Made by a program: the position numbers and the translations under genes. Source: Candidatus Delongbacteria bacterium (GTDB taxonomy: Bacteria > UBA4055). From it: a DNA stretch of 64,000 bases. The notes beneath the pieces were generated by a model. It ran no database searches, was not told the origin of the DNA, and saw only the letters and a program-made list of their open reading frames with translations. Below, one piece after another: positions 9,997 to 19,653 of the stretch. Every line of letters begins with the position of its first letter. Position 1 is the stretch's first letter. The DNA lies in the NCBI GenBank assembly GCA_016938275.1, contig JAFGUZ010000059.1, positions 9,977-73,976 on the forward strand, written 5' to 3'.

Positions 9997-11072
9997 ACAG
10001 GTTTTCCTGAGTAACTAATACCATTCTTAATAATCAAACCTTCCATTTCTAAATTAAAGAGATATCCCATAATTTCAGAAAGGGAAATATTAAATTCTTC
10101 TACTAATTGATCCGGTGTTGCATCATTTTTCCTTATATACTCAAAAATTTTTTTCTCTACACCTTCAGGGATATACATCTCAATCATATCTTCTTTTTTC
10201 TCGGTAACTAAATACTCAAACTCAACAAGAATATCATTAACATCCAAGACCATTTTTGCTTTACTACTTCGAATAAGATAATTACATCCTTCTGAGTTTA
10301 CATCACCGATTCTACCAGGACAGGCAAAGAGCTCCCTGTTTTGGTCAATCGCATATTCTGCAGTAATAAGAGATCCTGATTTATGTCGGGCTTCAGTTAC
10401 CAAAACACCCATTGAAAGACCACTAATAATCCTGTTCCTTATAGGAAAAGTATACCTACAGGCACTTACCCATGGATGAAATGGAGAAATAATCAATCCA
10501 TTGTTGCTCATTATTCTATCTCTAAGATCTTCATTGGCAACATTTGAATTCTTGCTAATACCATTACCAAGAACACCAATTGTTCTTCTACTAAAATCAG
10601 TACAACCCCTGTGTGCTTCATAATCTACACCGAATGCCATACCACTTACAATTACAAAGCCTCTTTCAGATAGATCAATGGAAAACGTGCGAGTTATAGC
10701 TCTTCCTTGAATAGATACGTCTCTTGAACCAACTATTGCAAATGATAATCTATCTCTTTCCAAGAATCCACCTTGGAGATAAAGATACAGTGGAGGAAAG
10801 TGAATCTCTTTTAACTGCGAGGGATACTCTTCATCAAAAATTGATATGATTTGAAATTCATCATTTTTAACTAAAAAATCCATAGCTTCGTCATATAAAC
10901 TAAAATCAAAATTTGATTCATGATAAGACTGCAACTCTTTTTTATTGAACAATAACTCTTTATTTTCCAAAATATCAGATAGTGAGCCAAAATTGCAAAG
11001 CTCAATTATTCTGTTTTGTTTAAAATTCTTGATCTGTTCAAGAAATAAAATTGTTTCAATTCGGCTATCCAT
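9993..11072 (-). CDS. dprA: DNA-processing protein DprA (Smf)
   Basis: Rossmann-like core GSRDVSIQGRAITRTFSIDLSERGFVIVSGMAFGVDYEAHRG, and a C-terminal winged-helix region LVEEFNISLSEIMGYLFNLEMEGLI. Confidence 0.8.
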   Translation of the reverse strand: MDSRIETILFLEQIKNFKQNRIIELCNFGSLSDILENKELLFNKKELQSYHESNFDFSLYDEAMDFLVKNDEFQIISIFDEEYPSQLKEIHFPPLYLYLQGGFLERDRLSFAIVGSRDVSIQGRAITRTFSIDLSERGFVIVSGMAFGVDYEAHRGCTDFSRRTIGVLGNGISKNSNVANEDLRDRIMSNNGLIISPFHPWVSACRYTFPIRNRIISGLSMGVLVTEARHKSGSLITAEYAIDQNRELFACPGRIGDVNSEGCNYLIRSSKAKMVLDVNDILVEFEYLVTEKKEDMIEMYIPEGVEKKIFEYIRKNDATPDQLVEEFNISLSEIMGYLFNLEMEGLIIKNGISYSGKPV

Positions 11073-13449
11073 TCTCTTCCAATTGCTCGATAATCATTTT
11101 GTAAAGATATTTTGGAATATTTTCATATAATTTTTTAAACTGTTTTATAGCATTTCTTTTGAAGGTATCAATATCATAAATCATTTTTAATTCACAACAT
11201 GAATCACTATTCAAGAGCTCATAAACAGTATAGTTCAGAAATGCTAAATTTTCTTTGTTCGTATCCTTAAACATCTCTGCAATTATCTCTTTTATAATCG
11301 AATCTTGTTTTGACTGGCAGTCAGAAGATTTAGAAAATTCAAAAAATTTTATCTTCTGCTTAAGAATTTTTGCTTCGAAAATCATATCTTTTCTTTCCAC
11401 ATCAAGAGCCGTATTGTAAGCAATTTCGGCACATTCCCATGCTTTGTCATATGATTTCTGTAAATAGTATACAACTCCAAGTTCACATAAATAACTGCAT
11501 AAATAATATTTAGCATTGACTTTTTTTGCTAATTCAATGGCGTTGTTATAATATTCTATAGCATTTTTATACTTTTTTATATTCTTATAAATATCTGCAA
11601 TATTTCCAAATGCTACAGAAGCAAGTTTCAAATCCCCGATTGATTGAGAATCTTCAAGAATAGAATTGAACTGAATCAAAGCTTCACTAAACTCACCTTT
11701 GTTTAGATATATATTTCCAATATTATTTGTTGCAGTATTTATCCATGATCTGCTATTAATTTTTTTTGAAATTGATAAGAGTTGCTTATAGTTAAACATA
11801 GCATTATCAAACTCACCTGTTTCATCATAAATAACGCCCATGTTATTTAATAATCTAGCCATTTGTAAATTATTGTTTGATGATACACAAAGATCATAAG
11901 CTTCTTTATTATATTGGAGAGCTTTTTTGAGATTACCCTTATTGTAATATACCACTCCCACATTTCCTAAGGCTTTTATTTTCTTCAATGTTGAATCATT
12001 TGTCGAAGCATTATCAATGACTTTTTTATAGTACTTCAAACTGTTATTGTAATCTCCAATTGTTTCATGAATTACGCCTTGAATTAGAAAAGAATCGAGC
12101 AAACTCAATTTATCAGCTAATTTCTCAGCTATTTTTTGTTGTTTTTTTGCATATTCCATTGCTAATTTGACATCACCAAGTATATGGTACTGAACGGCCA
12201 AAAGACCAATAGAACTTAGCATAAGTTTGTTATTATTGTATTTCTCAGCTAATTTTAAGGAAATTTTAAATGATCTTACAGCTTTTTCAGATCTTCCAAT
12301 TCTCTGACAAATACGACCAATATTGAAATAAAGGTAGGATGCTATCTCGTAATTCCGTACTAGTTTGAGTATAATTAACATTTGTCTTAAAAATTCGAGA
12401 GCTTTATCATTTTTCATATTTCTGAATGTAAATTCTGAAATTTTTATAAAATAATAGAACGAGTTACGACTTATATCCAATAAACTACTTTCATATTGCT
12501 GCCAAAAACTCTTATCTTTTGAAATTTCTTTTAGTTTAACCATATAATTATCAACAATAATAGGAGGAATCTTTACAGCGATACTTCGCATTAATCCAAG
12601 ATTAAGAGATATCGATTTAACACTATTTAACTCATATATTCTATGATAATTGAAATACAATAAAAAAGCATAGCTTTTGATCAATAGATCATTTTCATTA
12701 TTAAGTTTATCCCCTGTAAACTTTGACTCTGTAATATAATTGAAAAAAAATGCTCTGGCTCTGATTGAATCTTCTGGAGAATTATCCAAAACAAAACCAT
12801 ATTTATCCACTACTATAGATTCTACTGGACTCTTTTTCTTTGAATAAAAAGATGATTCATTGTAGAAAAATTTGAAGTTAGTATTACCCAATCCACAATC
12901 TAAGAGTCTACTTATTAAGTAATCTAAAAAAATCGCTACAGAAACCGATGACCTTTCAAAAGAATATCCAATAAACTCCATTCCTGTGGATAATCCTTCG
13001 ACAATGATTTGATAGTTTGGAAGATTTTCGTTTAACTCCTCCATGGGTATCTTTTTAACATAAACATAAAACTCACTAAATGGAGTTCCATCAAAAAAGA
13101 CAGATTCGTTTACAACTTTGCGATTTAATCCAGCTTCTCTTATCTTCTTGTTTATGGCTGTGATAGAGTAGTCAAGATTCAAAAGCTCTTTAATCTTATT
13201 TGCACTCAGCTTAGGATTATTTTTTTTAAACTCAAGCAATTGATTTTCTATATCAAAAGGCATCTTCTCAGGCTGATTTTGATGCTTTTTTGATTTATTA
13301 GTCAATGAATCTTCCCCACCATCCTTGAATCTTTGCAACCATTTTGAAACCGTTTTACGGTTAATATTAAATAGTTCAGCAGTTTTAGATATGCCTATTT
13401 GTTCGGCGGATTTGATTATATCAAGTCTTAACTTTTGCTTATCTTCCAT
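11065..13449 (-). CDS. Regulator-like protein: N-terminal transposase-type helix-turn-helix fused to a long TPR-repeat array
   Basis: N-terminus IGISKTAELFNINRKTVSKWLQRFKDGG is an HTH like IS630/Tc1 transposase N-terminal domains. From about aa 330 onward there are many 34-aa TPR-like repeats (YKKVIDNA..., ALQYNKEAYDL..., AMFNYKQLLSI..., AIEYYNNAIELAKK...). Confidence 0.6.
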   Translation of the reverse strand: MEDKQKLRLDIIKSAEQIGISKTAELFNINRKTVSKWLQRFKDGGEDSLTNKSKKHQNQPEKMPFDIENQLLEFKKNNPKLSANKIKELLNLDYSITAINKKIREAGLNRKVVNESVFFDGTPFSEFYVYVKKIPMEELNENLPNYQIIVEGLSTGMEFIGYSFERSSVSVAIFLDYLISRLLDCGLGNTNFKFFYNESSFYSKKKSPVESIVVDKYGFVLDNSPEDSIRARAFFFNYITESKFTGDKLNNENDLLIKSYAFLLYFNYHRIYELNSVKSISLNLGLMRSIAVKIPPIIVDNYMVKLKEISKDKSFWQQYESSLLDISRNSFYYFIKISEFTFRNMKNDKALEFLRQMLIILKLVRNYEIASYLYFNIGRICQRIGRSEKAVRSFKISLKLAEKYNNNKLMLSSIGLLAVQYHILGDVKLAMEYAKKQQKIAEKLADKLSLLDSFLIQGVIHETIGDYNNSLKYYKKVIDNASTNDSTLKKIKALGNVGVVYYNKGNLKKALQYNKEAYDLCVSSNNNLQMARLLNNMGVIYDETGEFDNAMFNYKQLLSISKKINSRSWINTATNNIGNIYLNKGEFSEALIQFNSILEDSQSIGDLKLASVAFGNIADIYKNIKKYKNAIEYYNNAIELAKKVNAKYYLCSYLCELGVVYYLQKSYDKAWECAEIAYNTALDVERKDMIFEAKILKQKIKFFEFSKSSDCQSKQDSIIKEIIAEMFKDTNKENLAFLNYTVYELLNSDSCCELKMIYDIDTFKRNAIKQFKKLYENIPKYLYKMIIEQLEENG

Positions 13450-13479
13450 ACTCTATTTCTGTTTGTTGTAAATAATAAA

Positions 13480-14505
13480 TCACTTTTTTTTACTTTTGCA
13501 AGGAAAAAACTGAGTAGCTGAATTAATAAATAAGTTAACTTCATCCTTGTCTTTCTTAGAAATGGCATTTATTACTGCAACTGAGTGAATTCCAGTATGT
13601 TTTAGAAGATCAATATTATTGTAATTGATTCCCCCAATGGCTACTACAGGAATTTCAACAGTATCTGTAACTTTTTTTAGCATCTCTATTCCTCTAGAAC
13701 TATATCCTGTATCTTTTGTGTTAGTATCAAATATAGGTCCAAAACCAATATAATCTGCACCCTCCTTTTCGGCTTTAACTGCTTGCTCCAAAGTATGTGT
13801 GGAAATTCCAATTAATTTACCATCTCCCAATAACTTTCTTGCATATTCAATAGGCAAGTCATCCTGACCAAGGTGAACACCTAATAGATCAAACAAGATA
13901 CAAACTTCTATGTAGTCATTTATTATTATTTTCAAATTAGGGGCTACTAATTTTATCTTTTCAACAGTTTTTACAACTTCTTTTACACTTTTATTTTTTA
14001 ATCTGAGTTGAATAAATTCAAATTTTTCTGCTAAGAACAAAACAAATTCATTAGTGAAATCCTCATGTGTAATAGGGTATATCGATTGATCTGGTAAAAC
14101 AACTAAAAATTTCAATAAAACTTTTTTTTCAATTTCATACAATTCTTTTCTTACAACCTCAAGATTCATTGATACATTGAGATAAGGAATCTTTCCTAAT
14201 TCCTCCATCACTCTAACTGATTCAATTACTCTTTTAAATGAAGCTTTCAAAATATCAACGACAGATTTTCTTTCTCTTTCGGTTTTGATTGAAAATTTAA
14301 AACCTGGGTCTGTTTCTGTATCCCTTGAAGAAAGAAGTAAAACATCACTAACATTAAAAACATTTCTTAGATTATGCCTAATTGTTTTTAGTCTTGTAAG
14401 AGTTGGTATATCACCTAGCCAAAAACGTATTATTTCGTCTACAACCCTTAAACCCTCTTGGCATCTATTTATAAGAACATCTATTTGCCTGTAAACTTTT
14501 TTCAT
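13480..14505 (-). CDS. thiE: Thiamine-phosphate synthase (ThiE domain, aa ~135-341) fused to an N-terminal ~135-aa domain of unknown function
   Basis: The C-terminal part GVHLGQDDLP...GADYIGFGPIFDTNTK...IPVVAIGGI matches the TMP-TENI fold of ThiE. The N-terminal third has no recognisable motif. Confidence 0.75.
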   Translation of the reverse strand: MKKVYRQIDVLINRCQEGLRVVDEIIRFWLGDIPTLTRLKTIRHNLRNVFNVSDVLLLSSRDTETDPGFKFSIKTERERKSVVDILKASFKRVIESVRVMEELGKIPYLNVSMNLEVVRKELYEIEKKVLLKFLVVLPDQSIYPITHEDFTNEFVLFLAEKFEFIQLRLKNKSVKEVVKTVEKIKLVAPNLKIIINDYIEVCILFDLLGVHLGQDDLPIEYARKLLGDGKLIGISTHTLEQAVKAEKEGADYIGFGPIFDTNTKDTGYSSRGIEMLKKVTDTVEIPVVAIGGINYNNIDLLKHTGIHSVAVINAISKKDKDEVNLFINSATQFFPCKSKKK

Positions 14506-14577
14506 CTAGCCTCCGATTATTGTTTTAAAAATAAACATTTATCTCTATATTTACCATACTTACTATAAATAATTTGT

Positions 14578-17500
14578 TTGAATATGAAGAAGAACATTCG
14601 AGGAACTATAAAGAAAAAGTTTACAACGACAACCATAATTTTCTCTTTTTTTGTAACTATTTTATATTTCATCTATCATTCATACAGGATTGAAGATGAG
14701 ATTGGAAACTTAAACTCCAATAGTATCGAGAATTATAAGAAAATAATTAAAAGTAATGTTGATTATTATATCGAAAATTTACGAAAGGATTATTTAAGTC
14801 AAATTGATCAACTTAAGCAAGAAATGAGAAACAGAGTTAGAAATACAGAAGATTTTTATAGACATTACTTTGAAGATAATCAACAAATACCACCAAAATC
14901 AATCACGAGAGCAGTAACAAAGGCAATTTCTGAGAATGAGAAAGAGTACATATTCATCTATGATCTGAACAAAAATGATTTTTATTATTATCCTCCAGAA
15001 GAAGAGTCTTTATTTAGTTTGGATAGTATTGAAACAGAACTCTTAAATAAATTGATTGACTCTGGAAGATTTTTTGATCCTGATGAGGGTGGCTTTCAAC
15101 TTTATAAATGGTATGATCATAAAAAAAAGAGTCACGGTCAAAAATTATCTTATATGCATTATTTTCAGGATCAAAATTGGATAATAGGAACTGGCTCGTT
15201 TACTGATGACGTAAAAAATGATCTTTTAAACAAATATAAAAGCAAAATATCTAACTATAAAAGTCCAGAATACCAAGCAAGTTATATGTTTCTCATTGAT
15301 TATCAATCCAATGTTCTCAGCAATATTAGATTTCCTTGGTTGACTGAAACAAATCAGGAGGAATTAGAAGACAAACAAGGTAAAAAAATAGTTAAAGAGA
15401 TGATAAGAATTGCTACTTCCTCTGATAAAGGTGGTTATTTAGATTATTTCTGGTATAAAAACCCGGACCAAACCCCAGATCTGAAGCACACCTATATTAG
15501 GGGGATTAACGAATTAGAAGTTTTTGTCGGAACTGGTTTTTATCGAAGTGAAATAGATGAGTTGAACAGAATCAAATCTGAAAGATTGATAAGATATAAA
15601 TTTATAAACTATTTTTTACTGCTTTTTCTAATCCTTTCACTTTCAACATTGCTCTACTATATCATTCGTAGTTTTATTAAAAAATTTACTTTAGAGTTAA
15701 GCCAATTTTCTAAAGAGCTTGAGAAGACTACTGTTTTGGATAAATCAGTGAGATTTAATTTTCATTCATTTCATGAGTTTGAAACTCTATCAGAACACTT
15801 TAATAGAATTATTTTAGAGTTAGATAAAACAAGAAAGCATTTAATGTTTAGTCAGGAGATTTACCATAAAATTATCCAAGAATCTCCTTTTGTTATTCAA
15901 ATTTTCGATAAAGATGGATTTATGATTGAAGCTAATAATAGTTGGGAAAAAATGTGGCAAATGAAAGCAGAGAATGCCGTTGGTACGTACAATATAAAAA
16001 ATGACAGGTTAGCAGAAAATCATGGTTTTAAAAACTTATATCACCAAATTTTACAAGGAGAAACGGTAAAAATTGGTCCAGTTTACTATGATCCTAGATT
16101 AAATGGTTATGAAGGTAGAGCAAGGTGGTTAATAATGACTGCCTCAAAGATAAACACTATTGACGACTTTATAATAATTTGCTTCAGTGAAGATTGTACT
16201 GATAAAATTCTAAATTCAAAATTGCTTCAGGAGTCAGAAGATAAATTCAAAACATTTATGGAAAACTCCTATGATATGATGTTTATTACTGATTCCAATT
16301 TAAATTTAACTTACATCAATAAATCTTTCGCTAGTATGGTGGATGATAGCGAAAAATATATTTTAAATGAGAATATAAATAAATTTCTTGAAAAAGAACT
16401 AATTCCAAATAACATCGCAACAGTAAAATTTTATAGTTTTGAAACGATGCTAGTATCTACTAATTCTGAAAAAAAGATTTATGTTGAGATCAAAATTTCA
16501 CCGATCGTAAACGATGGAGTATTTCATGGAATTAGAGGAATCGCTCGAGATATTACAAAAAAGAAAATCGACGAAGAAGAATTATTGAGAAGTAAAAATC
16601 TATCATCACTTGGCAATATTGCTGCAACTATAGCCCACGAATTAAACAATCAGATGACTATTGTTATTGGATATATATCCATGATTCTAAATAAAAGTGA
16701 GTTAGAGGGAACCAATCGGAATTATTTGCAAAAAGCTATTGATGCTTCTGTACAAACAAAAGAATTTGCCAATCAACTTTTAACATTCTCAAAAGGCGGA
16801 AATCCAATAAAATCTGAAATAAAAAACATAGCTTTACTAAAAGATATAATTCAAAGTATGGTTAAAGGAACAGATTTTTTGATACGTTTTTTTGATAACA
16901 TTGAAAATGAGATTAGTCTTGAAGTGGATATCGATCAAATGAAAACTGTGTTTAAGGCGATTATTGAGAATGCTATTCAATCTAACCCTAGCGAGTTGAT
17001 TATCGATATTGATTTTAAATATAATTATACGCCAAGCTCTCAAAATTATTTTATCATAGAAATTAGAGATTATGGTAACGGGATCAGTGTAGATAATATA
17101 AACAAGGTTTTTGACCCGTATTTTACTACGAAGCCTGGAGCAATAGGATTGGGGCTTTCAACTGTGCATTCAATTATCACAAAACATAATGGAAAAGTTT
17201 TTATTAATTCTGAAGTTGGAAAAGGCACAATTGTTCAAATCCACTTACCTGTTTCAATTATCAAATCTGAAACTAATGATGAATTTGATTCAATACAAAA
17301 TGTATCTTCAGTTTTGATAATGGATGATGAACCTGAAATTCTATCCTTATGTGTTGAAATTTTTAAAGATCTTAAATGCGAAGTACAAACGGCAATTAAA
17401 GGTGAAGAAGTTTTAGATCTTTTAAAATCAAACAAATATGACTTAATAATTTTGGATATTGTCATAAAAAATGGTTTGGGAGGAGAAGAAACAATCAAAG

Positions 17501-17676
17501 CTATCAGGAAATATGATAAAGAAGTAAAAGTAATAGTTTCAACAGGATATACAAATTCTGATATTATCAACAATTTTAGTACTTTTGGCTTTGATGATTA
17601 TATTACCAAGCCTTTCACAATAGAACAGTTGGTGTTTAAAATCAGAAATCTTGATTTTACTAGAAAGAGTGATTAA
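14578..17676 (+). CDS. Hybrid sensor histidine kinase (periplasmic Cache-like sensor, PAS domains, HisKA, HATPase, C-terminal receiver)
   Basis: TM helix at aa ~15-35, a ~300-aa extracytoplasmic region, and a second TM at aa ~340-360. H-box IAHELNNQMTIV. G-boxes DYGNGI and GLGLS. C-terminal REC (VLIMDDEPEI...LIILDIVI...K). Confidence 0.85.
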   Translation: MNMKKNIRGTIKKKFTTTTIIFSFFVTILYFIYHSYRIEDEIGNLNSNSIENYKKIIKSNVDYYIENLRKDYLSQIDQLKQEMRNRVRNTEDFYRHYFEDNQQIPPKSITRAVTKAISENEKEYIFIYDLNKNDFYYYPPEEESLFSLDSIETELLNKLIDSGRFFDPDEGGFQLYKWYDHKKKSHGQKLSYMHYFQDQNWIIGTGSFTDDVKNDLLNKYKSKISNYKSPEYQASYMFLIDYQSNVLSNIRFPWLTETNQEELEDKQGKKIVKEMIRIATSSDKGGYLDYFWYKNPDQTPDLKHTYIRGINELEVFVGTGFYRSEIDELNRIKSERLIRYKFINYFLLLFLILSLSTLLYYIIRSFIKKFTLELSQFSKELEKTTVLDKSVRFNFHSFHEFETLSEHFNRIILELDKTRKHLMFSQEIYHKIIQESPFVIQIFDKDGFMIEANNSWEKMWQMKAENAVGTYNIKNDRLAENHGFKNLYHQILQGETVKIGPVYYDPRLNGYEGRARWLIMTASKINTIDDFIIICFSEDCTDKILNSKLLQESEDKFKTFMENSYDMMFITDSNLNLTYINKSFASMVDDSEKYILNENINKFLEKELIPNNIATVKFYSFETMLVSTNSEKKIYVEIKISPIVNDGVFHGIRGIARDITKKKIDEEELLRSKNLSSLGNIAATIAHELNNQMTIVIGYISMILNKSELEGTNRNYLQKAIDASVQTKEFANQLLTFSKGGNPIKSEIKNIALLKDIIQSMVKGTDFLIRFFDNIENEISLEVDIDQMKTVFKAIIENAIQSNPSELIIDIDFKYNYTPSSQNYFIIEIRDYGNGISVDNINKVFDPYFTTKPGAIGLGLSTVHSIITKHNGKVFINSEVGKGTIVQIHLPVSIIKSETNDEFDSIQNVSSVLIMDDEPEILSLCVEIFKDLKCEVQTAIKGEEVLDLLKSNKYDLIILDIVIKNGLGGEETIKAIRKYDKEVKVIVSTGYTNSDIINNFSTFGFDDYITKPFTIEQLVFKIRNLDFTRKSD

Positions 17677-17699
17677 CTTTTCAAAAACTTGGAGATTGA

Positions 17700-18650
17700 A
17701 TGTATAAATATCCGTTATTGTTAAAACCAGAGATTATTGAAAAAGTCTGGGGTGGTTATAAATTCTTAGAAATGTTGAAGACTGATAATACTGAACCAAT
17801 TGGTGAAAGTTGGGAACTCTCTGTAAGAGATGACTATAATAGCAAAATTATGATAGGTCCTTACAAAAATAAAACTGTAAAAGATATTTTAGACAAATTT
17901 GGAATAGATTTTTCAGGATTTGATAATCCTCACTTTCCAATACTTGTTAAGTATCTAGATATTAATGATAAACTATCTATTCAAGTACATCCTGATGATA
18001 ATTACGCACTTGAAAATGAAAATGATTCTGGAAAAACTGAATGTTGGTATGTAATGGAAGCATCTGATGATTGTAAACTAATTCTTGGATTGGATAAAAA
18101 ATATCATCATATAAATAATGAAGACTTGAAGAAACATATTGAGAATGGAAATCTAGACATTTACAATGTTGAAAATATCAAATCAGGCGATTTTATTTTT
18201 ATTAAACCTGGTCTTATTCATGGGACTATTGATGGTTCATGTCTGATTGCTGAAATTCAACAAAATTCTGATACTACTTACAGAGTGTATGATTTTGACC
18301 GCAGCTATAAGGGTAAAAAGAGAGAACTACATATATCAAAAGCCTTAGATGTTATTGAAAAAGATCTCCTCCCAGATATTGTCACGACCACTAAAATGAG
18401 TTCCATAAATCTTCCTCAATTATTATGTAATTCAGATTATTTTATTGTAGAACTGATCAATGTCAAAGGAAGTGTTGAGATTACTAATTCAAAAATTGTT
18501 ACAGTTATGATAATTGAAGGAGAAGTTGAGGCTAGTTCAAAATCAGGTACTACTAAAGCTATTAGAGGACAAACAATTTTACTTCCTTCTAATGAATTAT
18601 ACGTGATTAAGTCTGATTTTGCTAAAATATTAACTGTTAGCTTAAATTAG
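17700..18650 (+). CDS. manA: Mannose-6-phosphate isomerase, class I (cupin type)
   Basis: N-terminal PLLLKPEIIEKVWGG and zinc-site motif SIQVHPDD...E..GKTECWYV, as in Bacillus-type PMI. Confidence 0.8.
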   Translation: MYKYPLLLKPEIIEKVWGGYKFLEMLKTDNTEPIGESWELSVRDDYNSKIMIGPYKNKTVKDILDKFGIDFSGFDNPHFPILVKYLDINDKLSIQVHPDDNYALENENDSGKTECWYVMEASDDCKLILGLDKKYHHINNEDLKKHIENGNLDIYNVENIKSGDFIFIKPGLIHGTIDGSCLIAEIQQNSDTTYRVYDFDRSYKGKKRELHISKALDVIEKDLLPDIVTTTKMSSINLPQLLCNSDYFIVELINVKGSVEITNSKIVTVMIIEGEVEASSKSGTTKAIRGQTILLPSNELYVIKSDFAKILTVSLN

Positions 18651-18836
18651 ATAAAAACTCTGTTGATAATTTTCTAATTAAGATAATATGTATGCTACAA
18701 TGAGTTAATGAGGAAAATTGCTGTTAGCAGATTAGAAAAAATATGTGTAGTCATTACTGTTAAAACATAATTTGTAGAGACAAATTATGCCTTGTCTAAA
18801 ATCAGTACAATTCCAATTTCGTACCTTTCAAGATTT

Positions 18837-19328
18837 TTACAAATCCTTTAGCATGTCATACCTAATAATTCTATAACCAAGTTTCAGATTTAGATCCAGC
18901 ATTTGTTTATTTGGAGCATAAACATTAGTCCTTAATTTTTTTACACCACTAATTTTTAAATTTTCTTCTAGTTTTTTTTTCAATTTTGTCGCTATCCCTT
19001 GATTTCGATAATCCGGGTCAACCCATAAAGAGATTATTTTCGAATCTTCTGGATCATTATCGACAAATTCGGCCCAAACAAAACCTATTATTTTGTTATT
19101 ATGAGTAGCTATGAATGTAACCATTTTTCCTTTATTGAAGATGTTTACAAATCTTGTTATCTCATCTAAGACTTCTTCATCTGTAAAACTATAACCTTCT
19201 ATCCATAATGAAGGCGTTTCTAAGTGTTTTTCACATATAAATCTAATCTCTTCATCAATAATTTTTCCAATTTTACTTATATTGCATTCCATATTTACTC
19301 CTTTTTTAATCATTTTAATATAGCTCAA
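18837..19328 (-). CDS. GNAT family N-acetyltransferase
   Basis: Acetyl-CoA-binding motif R-x-x-G-x-A (YRNQGIATKL), 163 aa. Confidence 0.7.
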   Translation of the reverse strand: MSYIKMIKKGVNMECNISKIGKIIDEEIRFICEKHLETPSLWIEGYSFTDEEVLDEITRFVNIFNKGKMVTFIATHNNKIIGFVWAEFVDNDPEDSKIISLWVDPDYRNQGIATKLKKKLEENLKISGVKKLRTNVYAPNKQMLDLNLKLGYRIIRYDMLKDL

Positions 19329-19653
19329 AGTTTAATATTTCTTACATCAATTATGAAAATGGTGGATTTTTCAATATAATTATCTTACACGATTGACAAA
19401 ACTTGTGTTTTTAACGACAATTATATAATAAGTTACAGGAGGTCTTATTAAATATCCACCACACATAAAAGATGAAATAATTAATTACGCATTTTCTGAA
19501 TCTCTCACAAAAGCATCCCTGATCTATTCTGTTGATAGATCGACTATTAGAGAATGGATCAGAAAATCTAATTTATATAAATCTCCAACAATTCCAAAAA
19601 TAAAGGAAATTGAAAATGATAAAACCTCTTCCAAACTTGAAGAACTTGGTAAA

